A stretch of 64,000 nucleotides of DNA from Dehalococcoidia bacterium (GTDB lineage Bacteria; Chloroflexota; Dehalococcoidia; UBA2979), in the NCBI GenBank assembly GCA_009692765.1, contig SHYQ01000002.1, positions 12,476-76,475 on the forward strand, read 5' to 3'. The notes under the pieces are model-generated. The model saw nothing but the letters and a program-made list of their open reading frames with translations, was not told the DNA's origin and searched no databases. Position numbers and translations under genes: made by a program. This document shows positions 8,982 through 17,999 of this stretch, piece by piece (the stretch's first letter is position 1; the number at the start of each line of letters is the position of its first letter).

Positions 8982-9746
8982 TCACTGGGCTGCGTCAGCA
9001 GCCGAGCGCGCCTGCCAGCCGTCGATGACCCCCGGGAGGTGCAGCAGGCGCTCGATCGTGGCGTCCGGCTGGACGTCGTGGGCGGGCACGAGGGGGTTCG
9101 GCACGAGCACGGCGCGCATCCCGGCGCGCTGCGCCCCGAAGATGTCGTCGAATGGCCGGTCGCCGACGAAGACGGCCCGCGCGGGGCCATCGACTCGCAG
9201 CGCGTCGAGGGCGGCCCGGAACGCCTGCGGGTGTGGCTTCATGTAGGGCATCTCGCTGGTGTACAGGCGGGCGTCGATCAGCCCGGCCAGCCCGTCGCGT
9301 TCCAGGAAGCGCTCGTGGTAAGCGGGCGGCCAGTGCGTGTTCGACAGCAGGCCGATGCGCAGCCCGCGGGCGCGCAGCGCCGTCAGCGCCTCGACGGCGT
9401 CGGGCACGTGGCGGATGTGCGGCGTCCACATATCGAGGTAGTGCGTGCCCGCCTCCTCCAGCACCGCCGCGGCGACGTCCGCGCCCAGGTCCCGCGTCGC
9501 CTCGGCGAGCAGGTCGGAGAGCGACGCGGCGCGCGCGTCGGTCGCCGTGCGCTCCCACATCGCTAGCTCGACGGCGGCGAGGCGGCGTTGGATCGTCGCC
9601 TCGTCGCCCGGCGTGTGTCCCACCAGGTGGCGCGCGGCGAGTTGCCACATGTCGGCCATCTCGACGCCCGCGTAATGCGCGAGGGTGCCGCCCCAGTCGA
9701 AGATCACCGCCTGTACGGGGGCGCCGTGGGCGGGCCCGGGCGTCAC
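8982..9746 (-). CDS. HAD superfamily hydrolase
   Basis: AVIFDWGGTL (motif I), LLSNT, KPHP and VGDRPFDDI. The GTG start overlaps the upstream stop (GTGA at 9743-9746). Confidence 0.8.
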   Translation of the reverse strand: MTPGPAHGAPVQAVIFDWGGTLAHYAGVEMADMWQLAARHLVGHTPGDEATIQRRLAAVELAMWERTATDARAASLSDLLAEATRDLGADVAAAVLEEAGTHYLDMWTPHIRHVPDAVEALTALRARGLRIGLLSNTHWPPAYHERFLERDGLAGLIDARLYTSEMPYMKPHPQAFRAALDALRVDGPARAVFVGDRPFDDIFGAQRAGMRAVLVPNPLVPAHDVQPDATIERLLHLPGVIDGWQARSAADAAQ

Positions 9747-11014
9747 GGGAGCGCCTGGGCGCCGTCCACGTCCGGCGCGCTCTCGATGCGCACCTGCGTG
9801 ATCCGGCGTTCGTCCGCCTCCACCACGGTGAAGCGGTAGCCGCGGTACACCACCGCCTCGCCGGTGACGGGGAAGCGCTTGAGCTCCGCGAGCAGCAGGC
9901 CGGCGACGGTGTTGCCCTCGATCTCCGTGAAGTCGACCTCGAGGTCGTTCGAGAGGTCGACGAGCAGCATGCCGCCGTCCACCACCCACGGGCGATCGCC
10001 GGTGACCGGCGGCTCCACGTCCTCGAAGCCGCTCTCGCTGCGCAGGTCGCCCACCACCTCCTCGAGAATGTCCTCGAGCGTGATCAGGCCGGAGGTCACG
10101 CCGAACTCGTCCACGAGCATCACGAGGTAGGCGGCGTGCTCCTGCATGACGTCGAGCACGCGCGCGACCGAGGCGTGCTCGGACTCGAACAGCACGGTGC
10201 GCATCACCTCGCGGATCGTGTGGCCCTCCAGGCCCGTCAGTTGACGCGCGTTCAGGTCGCTGACGTGCAGGTAGCCGATCACCTCGTCGGGGCTGCCCTC
10301 GTACACCGGGAGGCGCAGGAAGCCGGAACGCGCGAGGGTCTCCGCGCCTTCGCGCAGCGTGCGCCCCACCTCGATCGCCACCATGTCGACGCGCGGGATC
10401 ATCACCTCCTGCACCTGGCGCTGCTGCAAGGTGAGCGCGCCGAGGAGCTGCGACGAAGCCACGCCCTCCAGCGCGCCGCTCTCCGCGCCCAGAAGGATGG
10501 CGGTGCGCAGCTCCGCCGAGGTGAGCGCGGCGGTCTCCTCGCTCGGACGCCCCACGAGGGCGAGCACGAAGCGCGTGAACTGGTCGAGCGCCCACGACAC
10601 GGGCCGCGTGACGCGCACCCACGCGATCATCGGCAGGGCGAACGCGTGACTGAGCGGGAACGGGTGCGACAGCGCCACGTTCTTCGGGCCGACCTCGCTG
10701 AAGACGACGAGCAGCACCGTCGAGGCCAGCGTCGAGATAATGATCGCGGTGCCGTCGCTGGTGACGAAGCGCGCCGTCAGCGCGGTCAGCACCGCCGCCG
10801 TCGCGGTGTTCGTCAGGTTCGCGCCGAGCAGGATCGAGGAGAGCAGGCTCGTGGGCCGCTCCAGCAGCCGCGCGACGCGCGCCGCGCCGGGCACCCGCTC
10901 CGCGACCATGTGCGCAAGACGTACGCGCTGGATCGAGAGGAACGCCGTCTCCGCCGCGGAGAAGAAGCCCGAGAGTGCGATCAGCGCGACCGCCAGGACG
11001 ATCAGCGTGGTCAT
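9743..11014 (-). CDS. CNNM/TlyC family transporter (DUF21 + CBS pair + CorC_HlyC)
   Basis: N-terminal DUF21 membrane region (FFSAAETAF...), a CBS pair (VMIPRVDMVAI...) and a C-terminal CorC/HlyC domain (VDGGMLLVDLSN...). Confidence 0.9.
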   Translation of the reverse strand: MTTLIVLAVALIALSGFFSAAETAFLSIQRVRLAHMVAERVPGAARVARLLERPTSLLSSILLGANLTNTATAAVLTALTARFVTSDGTAIIISTLASTVLLVVFSEVGPKNVALSHPFPLSHAFALPMIAWVRVTRPVSWALDQFTRFVLALVGRPSEETAALTSAELRTAILLGAESGALEGVASSQLLGALTLQQRQVQEVMIPRVDMVAIEVGRTLREGAETLARSGFLRLPVYEGSPDEVIGYLHVSDLNARQLTGLEGHTIREVMRTVLFESEHASVARVLDVMQEHAAYLVMLVDEFGVTSGLITLEDILEEVVGDLRSESGFEDVEPPVTGDRPWVVDGGMLLVDLSNDLEVDFTEIEGNTVAGLLLAELKRFPVTGEAVVYRGYRFTVVEADERRITQVRIESAPDVDGAQALP

Positions 11015-11056
11015 CGCGCGCGTCGCCGCGGTCGCGCGGGGCTCGTATCGCCGGGC

Positions 11057-11650
11057 TCACTCATGGCTGTGCGGAGTGGCTACGTCCGGGTGGCTATGTT
11101 CCGGGTGGCTAGCTTCCGGGTGGCTATGTGGGGCCATCGCGCCGTCGAAGGCGCGCTCCCCGGCGCGGATCGCCACCGGCAGCCGGTTCTCCGCGGGCGG
11201 CAGCGGGCACGAGTACCCGTCGTTGTAGGCGCAGTACGGGTTGTACGCGTAGTTGAAGTCGATCAGCACGCGCCCGTCCTCGAGCTCGTGCACTTCGAGG
11301 TAGCGCCCCGCGCCGTACGACTCGTGGCCGGCGGTCGCGTCACGGAACGGCAGGAAGAGCGACCCCGACTCCGGGTGGCGGTAGATCATCAGGCTCGCCG
11401 GCGCTCCCTCGACGTCGAAGCGCACGCGCGCCCACTCCTCGTACGTGACGATCTCGCCGCTGCTCGTCGGCAGCTCGATGAACGCCAGCGCCGGCACACG
11501 CTCGGGCGTCAGCGTGAAGACGAGGCCCGGGGCGTCCTCGAAGTACGCGAGGCCACCGAAGCGGCGGCGCTGCTGCGCCGTCAGCGGCGACTGCGCGTCC
11601 AGCGACATCCAGCGATCCTTCGCGCGCCGAAACTCGTCGAGGTCGGACAT
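11057..11650 (-). CDS. DUF1684 domain protein with His-rich pentapeptide-repeat tail
   Basis: DUF1684 hallmarks (LAYFEDAP..., GAGRYLEV..., DFNYAYNPYCAYN..YSCPLPP). The tail HSHPEASHPEHSHPDVATPHSHE is encoded by 3 x 15-bp tandem DNA repeats at 11084-11128. Confidence 0.8.
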   Translation of the reverse strand: MSDLDEFRRAKDRWMSLDAQSPLTAQQRRRFGGLAYFEDAPGLVFTLTPERVPALAFIELPTSSGEIVTYEEWARVRFDVEGAPASLMIYRHPESGSLFLPFRDATAGHESYGAGRYLEVHELEDGRVLIDFNYAYNPYCAYNDGYSCPLPPAENRLPVAIRAGERAFDGAMAPHSHPEASHPEHSHPDVATPHSHE

Positions 11651-11680
11651 GGGCGGCGTACCCTCGGCGAGAGCGCGCGG

Positions 11681-12526
11681 CTAGAGCGCGCGGTAGGCGT
11701 CGTGCAGCGTGTCGCCATCGAACATGCCGGCGCCCTCGCCGCGCGCGTAGCGGTAGAGGGCGGCCTTGAAGATGCCCTCGAGGGCCATCACGATCGCGGC
11801 GGCGAGCGACATCGTAAGCACGCCCACGACGATGCCGAGCGCGGGCGAGGCCGCGTACAACGCCGCCGCAGGCAGGAACGCCACGCCCAGCGCGGCGAGG
11901 TAGACCAGCCCGAAGCCGAAGCCGGCGACCGCCTGGTTGCCCCACGTCTTGCTGAACAGCGCGCTCGACTGCCGGATCGCCGCGATCGGGCCGAGGCCCT
12001 CGACGACGAGCACCGGTACGACGAAGTAGGTCACGTACGCCCACACGCCACCGACGAGGCTCACCGCGAGGCGGCCCATGAAGTTGTCGTTCGCGCGGTC
12101 GCGCAGCGCGCTCAGGATCATCCCCACCGTCGCGGCGATCACCGCCCAGCCGAGGATCGCCGGGAGGTGTGGGAGGACGGCGCGCAGTCCGCTGCCGACC
12201 GTCGGGTCGCCGCCGCGCAGGCGCTCGAGCGCCGCCGAGATCAACGCGGCGTTGAAGGTGATCGCGATGGTATACGCGAGCACGAGGAAGACGAACGTCA
12301 CGATGCCATCGACGCCCGTCACCGCCGCGCCCGCGCCGCCCGAGGCCGCCGCCGCGCCGAGGCGCGCCACCGTGCCGGTGCCCATGCCGATGACGAAGAA
12401 CACCCCGATCAGCCCGAGCAGCGCGACGCCCGAGAGGACCGGGAACAGCAGCAACTCGCGGTCGTGCATCAGCACGCGCCAGGAGGTTTTGACGAGCGAG
12501 AACGTGTGGCCAATGGTGTTGAACAT
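11681..12526 (-). CDS. DUF6159-like integral membrane protein
   Basis: MFNTIGHTFSLVKTSWRVLMHDRELLLFPVLSG... followed by about 6 TM helices. ATG 12526 is preferred over the track start 12589. Confidence 0.65.
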   Translation of the reverse strand: MFNTIGHTFSLVKTSWRVLMHDRELLLFPVLSGVALLGLIGVFFVIGMGTGTVARLGAAAASGGAGAAVTGVDGIVTFVFLVLAYTIAITFNAALISAALERLRGGDPTVGSGLRAVLPHLPAILGWAVIAATVGMILSALRDRANDNFMGRLAVSLVGGVWAYVTYFVVPVLVVEGLGPIAAIRQSSALFSKTWGNQAVAGFGFGLVYLAALGVAFLPAAALYAASPALGIVVGVLTMSLAAAIVMALEGIFKAALYRYARGEGAGMFDGDTLHDAYRAL

Positions 12527-12593
12527 GCCCCCAGCATACCGCGTCCACGCGCGCCCGTGTCTCGCGCAGGCGCGTCCCGCTGGCCGCATGGGC

Positions 12594-12599
12594 TAGGAT
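12594..12599 (+). promoter_or_regulatory. candidate -10 hexamer TAGGAT, 7 nt upstream of ATG 12607 (leaderless-type)
   Basis: TAGGAT-N7-ATG. Supports 12607 rather than 12598 as the mscS-family start. Confidence 0.35.
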
Positions 12600-12606
12600 G
12601 CCGCCC

Positions 12607-13629
12607 ATGCGGTTGAGCGGGCTGACGCGCACGGAGTGGTTCGAGACGCTCGAGGCGGGCGGCATCGTGCTGGCCGCGATCCTCGTCGCCGCGATCGTGT
12701 CGGCGGCGATGCGCTGGGCGATCCATCGCTACACCCGCGCGACCGAGGCGGAGCTGGACGAGACGGTGGTGCGGGCGCTGCGGGGGCCGGCGGTGACGCT
12801 GATCGTGCTGCAGGGCGTCGCGGCCGCCGCCGGGTCGCTGTCGTACCTCGCGCCGCACGCCGGCCTCGTGCGGCGGGTGTGGCTGGCGGCCACGCTTACG
12901 GTGCTCCTGGTCGCGTTGCAGCGCATCGTCACGCGGCTGCTGCACTGGTACGCGGGCCGGCCGGCGATCGGCGGGGGCGCGCGCCTCGACCCGCGCACGC
13001 TGCCGATGCTGCGTCGAGTGGTGGGCGTCGCGGTCTGGCTCGCGGGCGGCCTGGTCATCCTCGGCACGCTCGGCATCGAGATCAGTCCGCTGCTCGCCGG
13101 CCTCGGCATCGGTGGCGTCGCCGTCGCGCTCGCGCTGCAGCCGCTGCTCGCCAACGTCTTCGCGTCTTCGTACATGCTGTCGGACCAGTCGATCCGCATC
13201 GGCGATCACATCTCGATCGCGGGTGGCCCGTCCGGGACGATCGAGGACATCGGCTGGCGCGCGACGCGCATCCGCGGCGGCGGCCACGAGATCGTGATCG
13301 TGCCGAACGCCACGCTCGCGTCCTCGATCGTGACGAACTACGACGTCGTCGGCGGCGAGGACGCCGAGGTCGTGCTGCGCGTCGGCGTCACCGCGGACCT
13401 CGACGCCGTCGAGCGCATCTGCCGCGACGAGCTCGAGCGGGTGCGCGACGCGACCGCGGAGGCGGCGGCCGAGCCGCCCGTCGTGCGCTTCGAAGCCTTC
13501 GAGGGGCGCAACGTGCGCGTCACGCTGCGCCTGCGAGCGGCCGCCTCGCGCGACGCGGGGGCGCTGCGCCACGAGATGATCCGCCGCCTGCACGCGCGCC
13601 TGCGCGCGGAGGGCATCGCGATCCGCTAG
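12607..13629 (+). CDS. MscS-family mechanosensitive ion channel
   Basis: TM helices, then LLAGLGIGGVAVALALQPLLANVFAS..., IRIGDHISI..GTIEDIGWRATRIR and a C-terminal alpha/beta domain. Confidence 0.9.
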   Translation: MRLSGLTRTEWFETLEAGGIVLAAILVAAIVSAAMRWAIHRYTRATEAELDETVVRALRGPAVTLIVLQGVAAAAGSLSYLAPHAGLVRRVWLAATLTVLLVALQRIVTRLLHWYAGRPAIGGGARLDPRTLPMLRRVVGVAVWLAGGLVILGTLGIEISPLLAGLGIGGVAVALALQPLLANVFASSYMLSDQSIRIGDHISIAGGPSGTIEDIGWRATRIRGGGHEIVIVPNATLASSIVTNYDVVGGEDAEVVLRVGVTADLDAVERICRDELERVRDATAEAAAEPPVVRFEAFEGRNVRVTLRLRAAASRDAGALRHEMIRRLHARLRAEGIAIR

Positions 13630-13639
13630 CGGCGGCATC

Positions 13640-13955
13640 GCGCGCGGGAGGGGAGCCCTCACCCCCGGCCCCTCTCCCGCCAAGCGGGAGAGGGGAGGAA
13701 GACAGAGATCATGGGGGGCTGCGCCCCCCACACCCCGGCGGAACGGCGCGCGGTAGGCGCGCCTCGCGGAAGGCACCCTGCGGCCGGCACGCGAGTCGGC
13801 CCCGCGCGCGAAGCGCCGAGGCGGACTCCCCCTTCCCGGAGGGAAGGGGGCCGGGGGGATGGGCGATCATCTCTCTCTGACTCCCCTCTCCCGCGAAGCG
13901 GGAGAGGGGCCGGGGGTGAGGGTTCCGCCCGCCCGGTCAGTCCTCGACGCGTGGC
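13640..13955. repeat. MITE-like composite repeat with inverted module A termini
   Basis: Module A forward at ~13656 and reverse at ~13881. The two are inverted copies over about 55 nt. Module B and a C variant lie between them. Ends with CCTCGAC. Confidence 0.85.
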
Positions 13956-13957
13956 GC

Positions 13958-16210
13958 CTACTGCCGCGGCGCCGGCGTCGCGGGGGTGGGGCGCGCGGGC
14001 TCGATCTGCGGCGGCGGCGCGGGCGTCTCGCCGAGGAGCATGCGGCGCAGTCGTGCGCGCAGCTCCGCGGGCGCGGCGGCGTCGGACAACTGGGCCACGC
14101 GGTTTCGCAGCGCCGCCTCCCCGTCGCCCGCGAGCGCCTTCGTGACGCGATTCGCGGCATCGTCGTTCGAGGTGAGCGAGGCCAGCGTGCGCAGGCCGAC
14201 CTCGGCGGTGCCCGCGTTCGCCGGCGCGACGAGATCGGCGAGCCACGCGCGGATGGTGTTGGCGTCGTTCCGCGCGAGGGCGTCGCGCAGCCGCTGCGCG
14301 CGCAGCTCGGCGGGGGCCGCGGTCGCCGTCGCGGCGCGCGTGGGGGCTATCGTCGGGCGCGCGGGCGGCGTGGGTGTGGGGCGGGCGTCATCGCGCTCCT
14401 CCCGCCGCTCGGCGGGGCGCTCGGTGGGCCGAACGGCAGGCGTCTGCGCCGGACGCGCGCTGAGCACCTCGGTCGGTCGTGCGGCCGGCGTCTGCGTCGG
14501 CCGCGTGACCGGCGGCGTCGGCCGTGCCGCGAGCCGCTCGCCGAGGATCGCGCCGCGCAGGCGCGCGTGCACCTCCGGCGCCAGGGTGCCCTCGCCGGCG
14601 CGCAGGAGCTGCGCGCGCAGCGTGGCGTGCTGGTCGCCGACGAGGGCGCGCGCGAGGCGCGCGGCCGCGTCGTCCTGCGCGACGAACGCCGCGAGCACCT
14701 GCATGCGCTGCCGCGTGCCGGCCGCGTCGCCCGCAGTGACGCCGGTCGCGAAGATCGCCTCGAGTTGCGCGCGCAGCGCGGCGTCGTCGGCGCCGGCGAG
14801 CGCGGCGCGCAGGTCGCGCGCGAACTGCTCCGCGCCGGGCGCGGTGAGCGCCGTGAACGCGCCGATGCCGGGCACCGTGCCGCGTTCGCGCGCCACGCTC
14901 GCGGCGCGTTCACGCTGCGCCGCGAGGTCCTCGGCGGGCTTGGTGCGCGCGGTCTCGACGACGCGCACGGGGTCGGCGGCCCGCGGCGCGACCTTCGCCT
15001 GGCCTTCGACGAGCTCCATGCTGCGCTTGCCGTTCTGCTCGGCGACGCGCACGCGCACGGCCACTTCGCCGCCGCCACCGTCCAGGGTGATGCTGCGCTC
15101 CACGCGGTCCGGGCCGCCGCCCTGGAGGACGACCGTGCCCACGCCGGCGGAGTAGGGGCGCAGCAGCAGCGTGTACTCGCCCGGCTCTACCCGCTGGAAG
15201 TCGAAGCGCTGCGGCCCGGCGCCGGGGTCGGAGGTGGTGACGCCACGGATCTGCTGGAACAGCGCGCCGCTCGTCTTCGCGCCGGTCGCCTCGCCGCCCG
15301 GGCCGACGAGCGCCGCGGCGAACGGAGCGTCCACGGTGAGAGAGCCGTCGCGCTCCACCACGCTCCGTTCGGCGACCTGCTGGCGCTGCGCGCGCACCAG
15401 TTCGCCGCTCGGGACGCTCACGCGCTGCGGCCCGGCGACGACGTCGACGGTGCCCTCCGCCGTCGCGACGGAGGTGTGGCCGCCGTCGATGCTGGTCTCG
15501 AAGATGGTGCCGTGCACCTGCACGGTGGCGTCATCCGTGCGCACCTCGTACGCGGCGCCCGCGCGCAGGTCGGTCGCCACGTCGTTCCACAGGCGGCCGG
15601 AGCGCTGGCGGAGCACGACGACGCGCGGCGCGACCTCGATGCGCTCGAGGTCGACGTCCGTGTTCGTGTCGAGCGCGGCGGTGGAGCCATCGGGGAAGGT
15701 GAGCAGGGCGCGGCCCTCGGCGGTGGTGCGGAGACGCACGCCGGCGCGCAGCCGCGCGCCATCGGCGACGGGCTGCCACTGGTCGCCGCGCTGCTCTTCG
15801 ACGCTGCCGGCGAAGAGCGTGAGCGTCGAGGCGGCATCCGCGGGAGTCGGCGTCTGCGTAGTGAGCAGGACGAGCGAGATCGCGACGGCCGCCGCGACGG
15901 GCGCCGCGCCGAGGGCGAGCCGCGGCAGCATGCCGCCCAGGTTGAACGTGGGGAGCCCGTGTCGCCACCAGGGCACGCGTTGCTGCGGGGTGCGCCGGAT
16001 CTCCGTCATCAGGGCAGCGCGGCGCGCCGGGTCGGGGGCGCGTTCGGCGCGCCGGGGCACGCGCATCGTCGCGGCCGCGGTGAGCAGCGGCGCGAGCGCC
16101 GCGCGGTGCTCCGGGTAGCGCGCGAGGCACGCCTCGAGGGTGGCGCGTCCGGCGGCGAGGTCGTCCAGGCAGCGATCCACGATCGAGGCGAGGTCACGCC
16201 GGTCGTTCAT
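13958..16210 (-). CDS. anti-sigma factor, single-pass membrane protein with FecR domain and long Pro/Thr/Ala-rich helical-repeat ectodomain
   Basis: MNDRRDLASIVDRCLDDLAAGR...CLARYPEH..., a TM segment (LALGAAPVAAAVAISLVLL) and FecR-like LRTTAEGRALLTFPDGSTAALDTNT. The ATG overlaps the sigma-factor stop (ATGA at 16207-16210). Confidence 0.8.
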   Translation of the reverse strand: MNDRRDLASIVDRCLDDLAAGRATLEACLARYPEHRAALAPLLTAAATMRVPRRAERAPDPARRAALMTEIRRTPQQRVPWWRHGLPTFNLGGMLPRLALGAAPVAAAVAISLVLLTTQTPTPADAASTLTLFAGSVEEQRGDQWQPVADGARLRAGVRLRTTAEGRALLTFPDGSTAALDTNTDVDLERIEVAPRVVVLRQRSGRLWNDVATDLRAGAAYEVRTDDATVQVHGTIFETSIDGGHTSVATAEGTVDVVAGPQRVSVPSGELVRAQRQQVAERSVVERDGSLTVDAPFAAALVGPGGEATGAKTSGALFQQIRGVTTSDPGAGPQRFDFQRVEPGEYTLLLRPYSAGVGTVVLQGGGPDRVERSITLDGGGGEVAVRVRVAEQNGKRSMELVEGQAKVAPRAADPVRVVETARTKPAEDLAAQRERAASVARERGTVPGIGAFTALTAPGAEQFARDLRAALAGADDAALRAQLEAIFATGVTAGDAAGTRQRMQVLAAFVAQDDAAARLARALVGDQHATLRAQLLRAGEGTLAPEVHARLRGAILGERLAARPTPPVTRPTQTPAARPTEVLSARPAQTPAVRPTERPAERREERDDARPTPTPPARPTIAPTRAATATAAPAELRAQRLRDALARNDANTIRAWLADLVAPANAGTAEVGLRTLASLTSNDDAANRVTKALAGDGEAALRNRVAQLSDAAAPAELRARLRRMLLGETPAPPPQIEPARPTPATPAPRQ

Positions 16211-16800
16211 GGCAGCCCTCCCGTCTCCTCGATCGCGCGGCGGAGCGCCTGGAGCGCCCGCATCTGCAATCCGCGCACCGTGACTTCCTTGCGTCCCATG
16301 ATCACCGCGATCTCCCGCGCCGACTTCTCCATCAGGAACCGCAGCGTGAGCACCTGCCGGTGGTCCTCCGAGAGCCGTCCGAGGGCGTTCGTGAGCGCCT
16401 CGCTCATCTCCGCCGTCAGCAGCGACGACTCCGCCTCGGACTCCTCGGGGATCTCCACCCCTTCGAGGTCGGTGGTCGGCCGGCGGGTCCGGAAGTGGTC
16501 CACCATCTGGTTGTGGGCCATCCGGTAGAGCCAGGCCCGGAACGGCACCCCCCGCGCCTCGTACCGCGGGATCGCCTGCCACGCCTTCAGGAAGACCTGC
16601 TGGGCGAGGTCCTCGGCCGCGTCCGGATCCCCCACGCGATGCGCGAGGTACCGCACGATCTCCGGCTGAAAGCGGTCGTACAGCGAGCCGAACGCATCCG
16701 CGTCCCCGTGCTGGGCCCGCTCCACCAGCACCCCGACGATGGCCGGCTCTTCGGCAGAGCGGCCGGCGGGTGTGCGTGACTGCGGTTCCGAGCGATCCAA
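16207..16800 (-). CDS. ECF-type RNA polymerase sigma-70 family factor
   Basis: Region 2 (FGSLYDRFQPEIVRYLAHRV..AEDLAQQVFLKAW...FRAWLYRMAHNQMVDHFR) and region 4 (REIAVIMGRKEVTVRGLQMRALQALR). The track start is TTG; the true start may be an internal GTG. Confidence 0.9.
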   Translation of the reverse strand: MDRSEPQSRTPAGRSAEEPAIVGVLVERAQHGDADAFGSLYDRFQPEIVRYLAHRVGDPDAAEDLAQQVFLKAWQAIPRYEARGVPFRAWLYRMAHNQMVDHFRTRRPTTDLEGVEIPEESEAESSLLTAEMSEALTNALGRLSEDHRQVLTLRFLMEKSAREIAVIMGRKEVTVRGLQMRALQALRRAIEETGGLP

Positions 16801-16880
16801 CGATCCCGCCCCGCTTCCGTTCGCCTGCCGCCCGCAGGGGCGCGGGGTGTGGGGCGGCCTTCGGCGGGTTCGCCCTGGTG

Positions 16881-16937
16881 CCCGAGTATCCGCTTAGGGC
16901 CCGAATATCCGCCTAGGGCCCGAATATCCGCCTAGGG
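16881..16937. repeat. 3 x 19-bp tandem direct repeat CCCGARTATCCGCYTAGGG overlapping the argC stop
   Basis: Units at 16881-16899, 16900-16918 and 16919-16937. The last two are identical. The last unit contains the argC codons Pro-stop. Confidence 0.9.
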
Positions 16938-17999
16938 ATAGAGCGGCCCGCGGTCGAGGCCCGCGGTCTGCGGCAGGCCGAACATAATGTTCAGGTTCTG
17001 CATCGCCGAGCCGCTCTGACCCTTCATCAGGTTGTCGATCGACGACATCACTACAACGCGCCGGCCACCCTCCGCGGTAAACACCGAGAGGTCGATGTAG
17101 TTCGACCCCAGCGTGCCCTTCAGCGTGGGCGGCTCGTCCAGGACGCGCACGAACGGGTGTCCGGCGAAGAACGCCCGGTACCGCTCGAGCAGTGCGGGGC
17201 GCGTCGTCGCCTTCGTCACCGTGAGGTGCATCGTGTTCAGGATGCCCCGCGTGGTGCCGAGCAGGTGCGGGATGAAGTCGACGGTCGCGCCGGTGGACTC
17301 GCCGATGCGCCCGAGGGTGAACTCGGCCTCGACGACGTGCTGGTGGTTGAGCACGCGGTAGGGCACGACGTTGTCGTTGAGGTGCGAGAAGTGCTGCACG
17401 GGGGCGGGCTTCTTGCCCGCGCCGGAGGCGCCGGTGAGCCCGTCCACGATGAGCATGCCGTCCTGCACGATGCCGTCCGCGTACAACGGCGCCAGGCCGA
17501 GGACGATGCCGACGGCGAAGCAGCCGGGGTTGCCGACGATCGGCGCCTCCGCGATCGCGCCGGCGTTGAGTTCGGACACGCCGTAGACGGCGCTGCCCAG
17601 CAGCCCCGGCGCGGCGTGCGCGGTGTCGCTGATCGACGGGTGGCGCTCCGCGTAGCGCGCGTAGTCCGCGGTGTTGGCGAAGCGGAAGTCGCCCGAGTAG
17701 TCGATGAAGCGCACGCCGCGCGCGGTGAGGTCGGCGGCGTACTGCTGCGACACGCGGTCGGGCGTCGCGAAGATCACCACGTCGCAGTCCGTGCCGATCG
17801 CGGCGTCGTCCGGCGCCTGCACGACCATGGCGCAGCGGCCGCGCAGGTGCGGGTAGACCTCGTCGATGCGGCGGCCGGCGTCGTCGCGCGCGATCAGCGC
17901 GGTGACCTCGAAGTTGGGGTGCCCGAGCAGCAGCTCGAGGATGCCGAGGCCCCCGTACCCGGTCGCGCCCACCAGCTGCGCCCGCACCGTCGTCGCCAT
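16932..17999 (-). CDS. argC: N-acetyl-gamma-glutamyl-phosphate reductase
   Basis: VGATGYGGLGILELLLGHPNFEV..., active-site region VGNPGCFAVG, C-terminal SIDNLMKGQSGSAMQN. Confidence 0.9.
   Translation of the reverse strand: MATTVRAQLVGATGYGGLGILELLLGHPNFEVTALIARDDAGRRIDEVYPHLRGRCAMVVQAPDDAAIGTDCDVVIFATPDRVSQQYAADLTARGVRFIDYSGDFRFANTADYARYAERHPSISDTAHAAPGLLGSAVYGVSELNAGAIAEAPIVGNPGCFAVGIVLGLAPLYADGIVQDGMLIVDGLTGASGAGKKPAPVQHFSHLNDNVVPYRVLNHQHVVEAEFTLGRIGESTGATVDFIPHLLGTTRGILNTMHLTVTKATTRPALLERYRAFFAGHPFVRVLDEPPTLKGTLGSNYIDLSVFTAEGGRRVVVMSSIDNLMKGQSGSAMQNLNIMFGLPQTAGLDRGPLYP

Noticed and set aside
9152-12616. 1154-aa plus-strand ORF
   Set aside because: It runs antisense across four well-supported minus-strand genes (HAD, CNNM transporter, DUF1684, DUF6159-like). 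It is extremely Arg-rich with no domain pattern. Stop codons are rare in this GC content.
13859-16528. 889-aa plus-strand ORF, plus nested ORFs 13986-15155 and 15171-16118
   Set aside because: It is antisense to the anti-sigma/sigma pair, which has the FecR domain, TM helix, sigma regions 2 and 4 and an ATGA coupling overlap.
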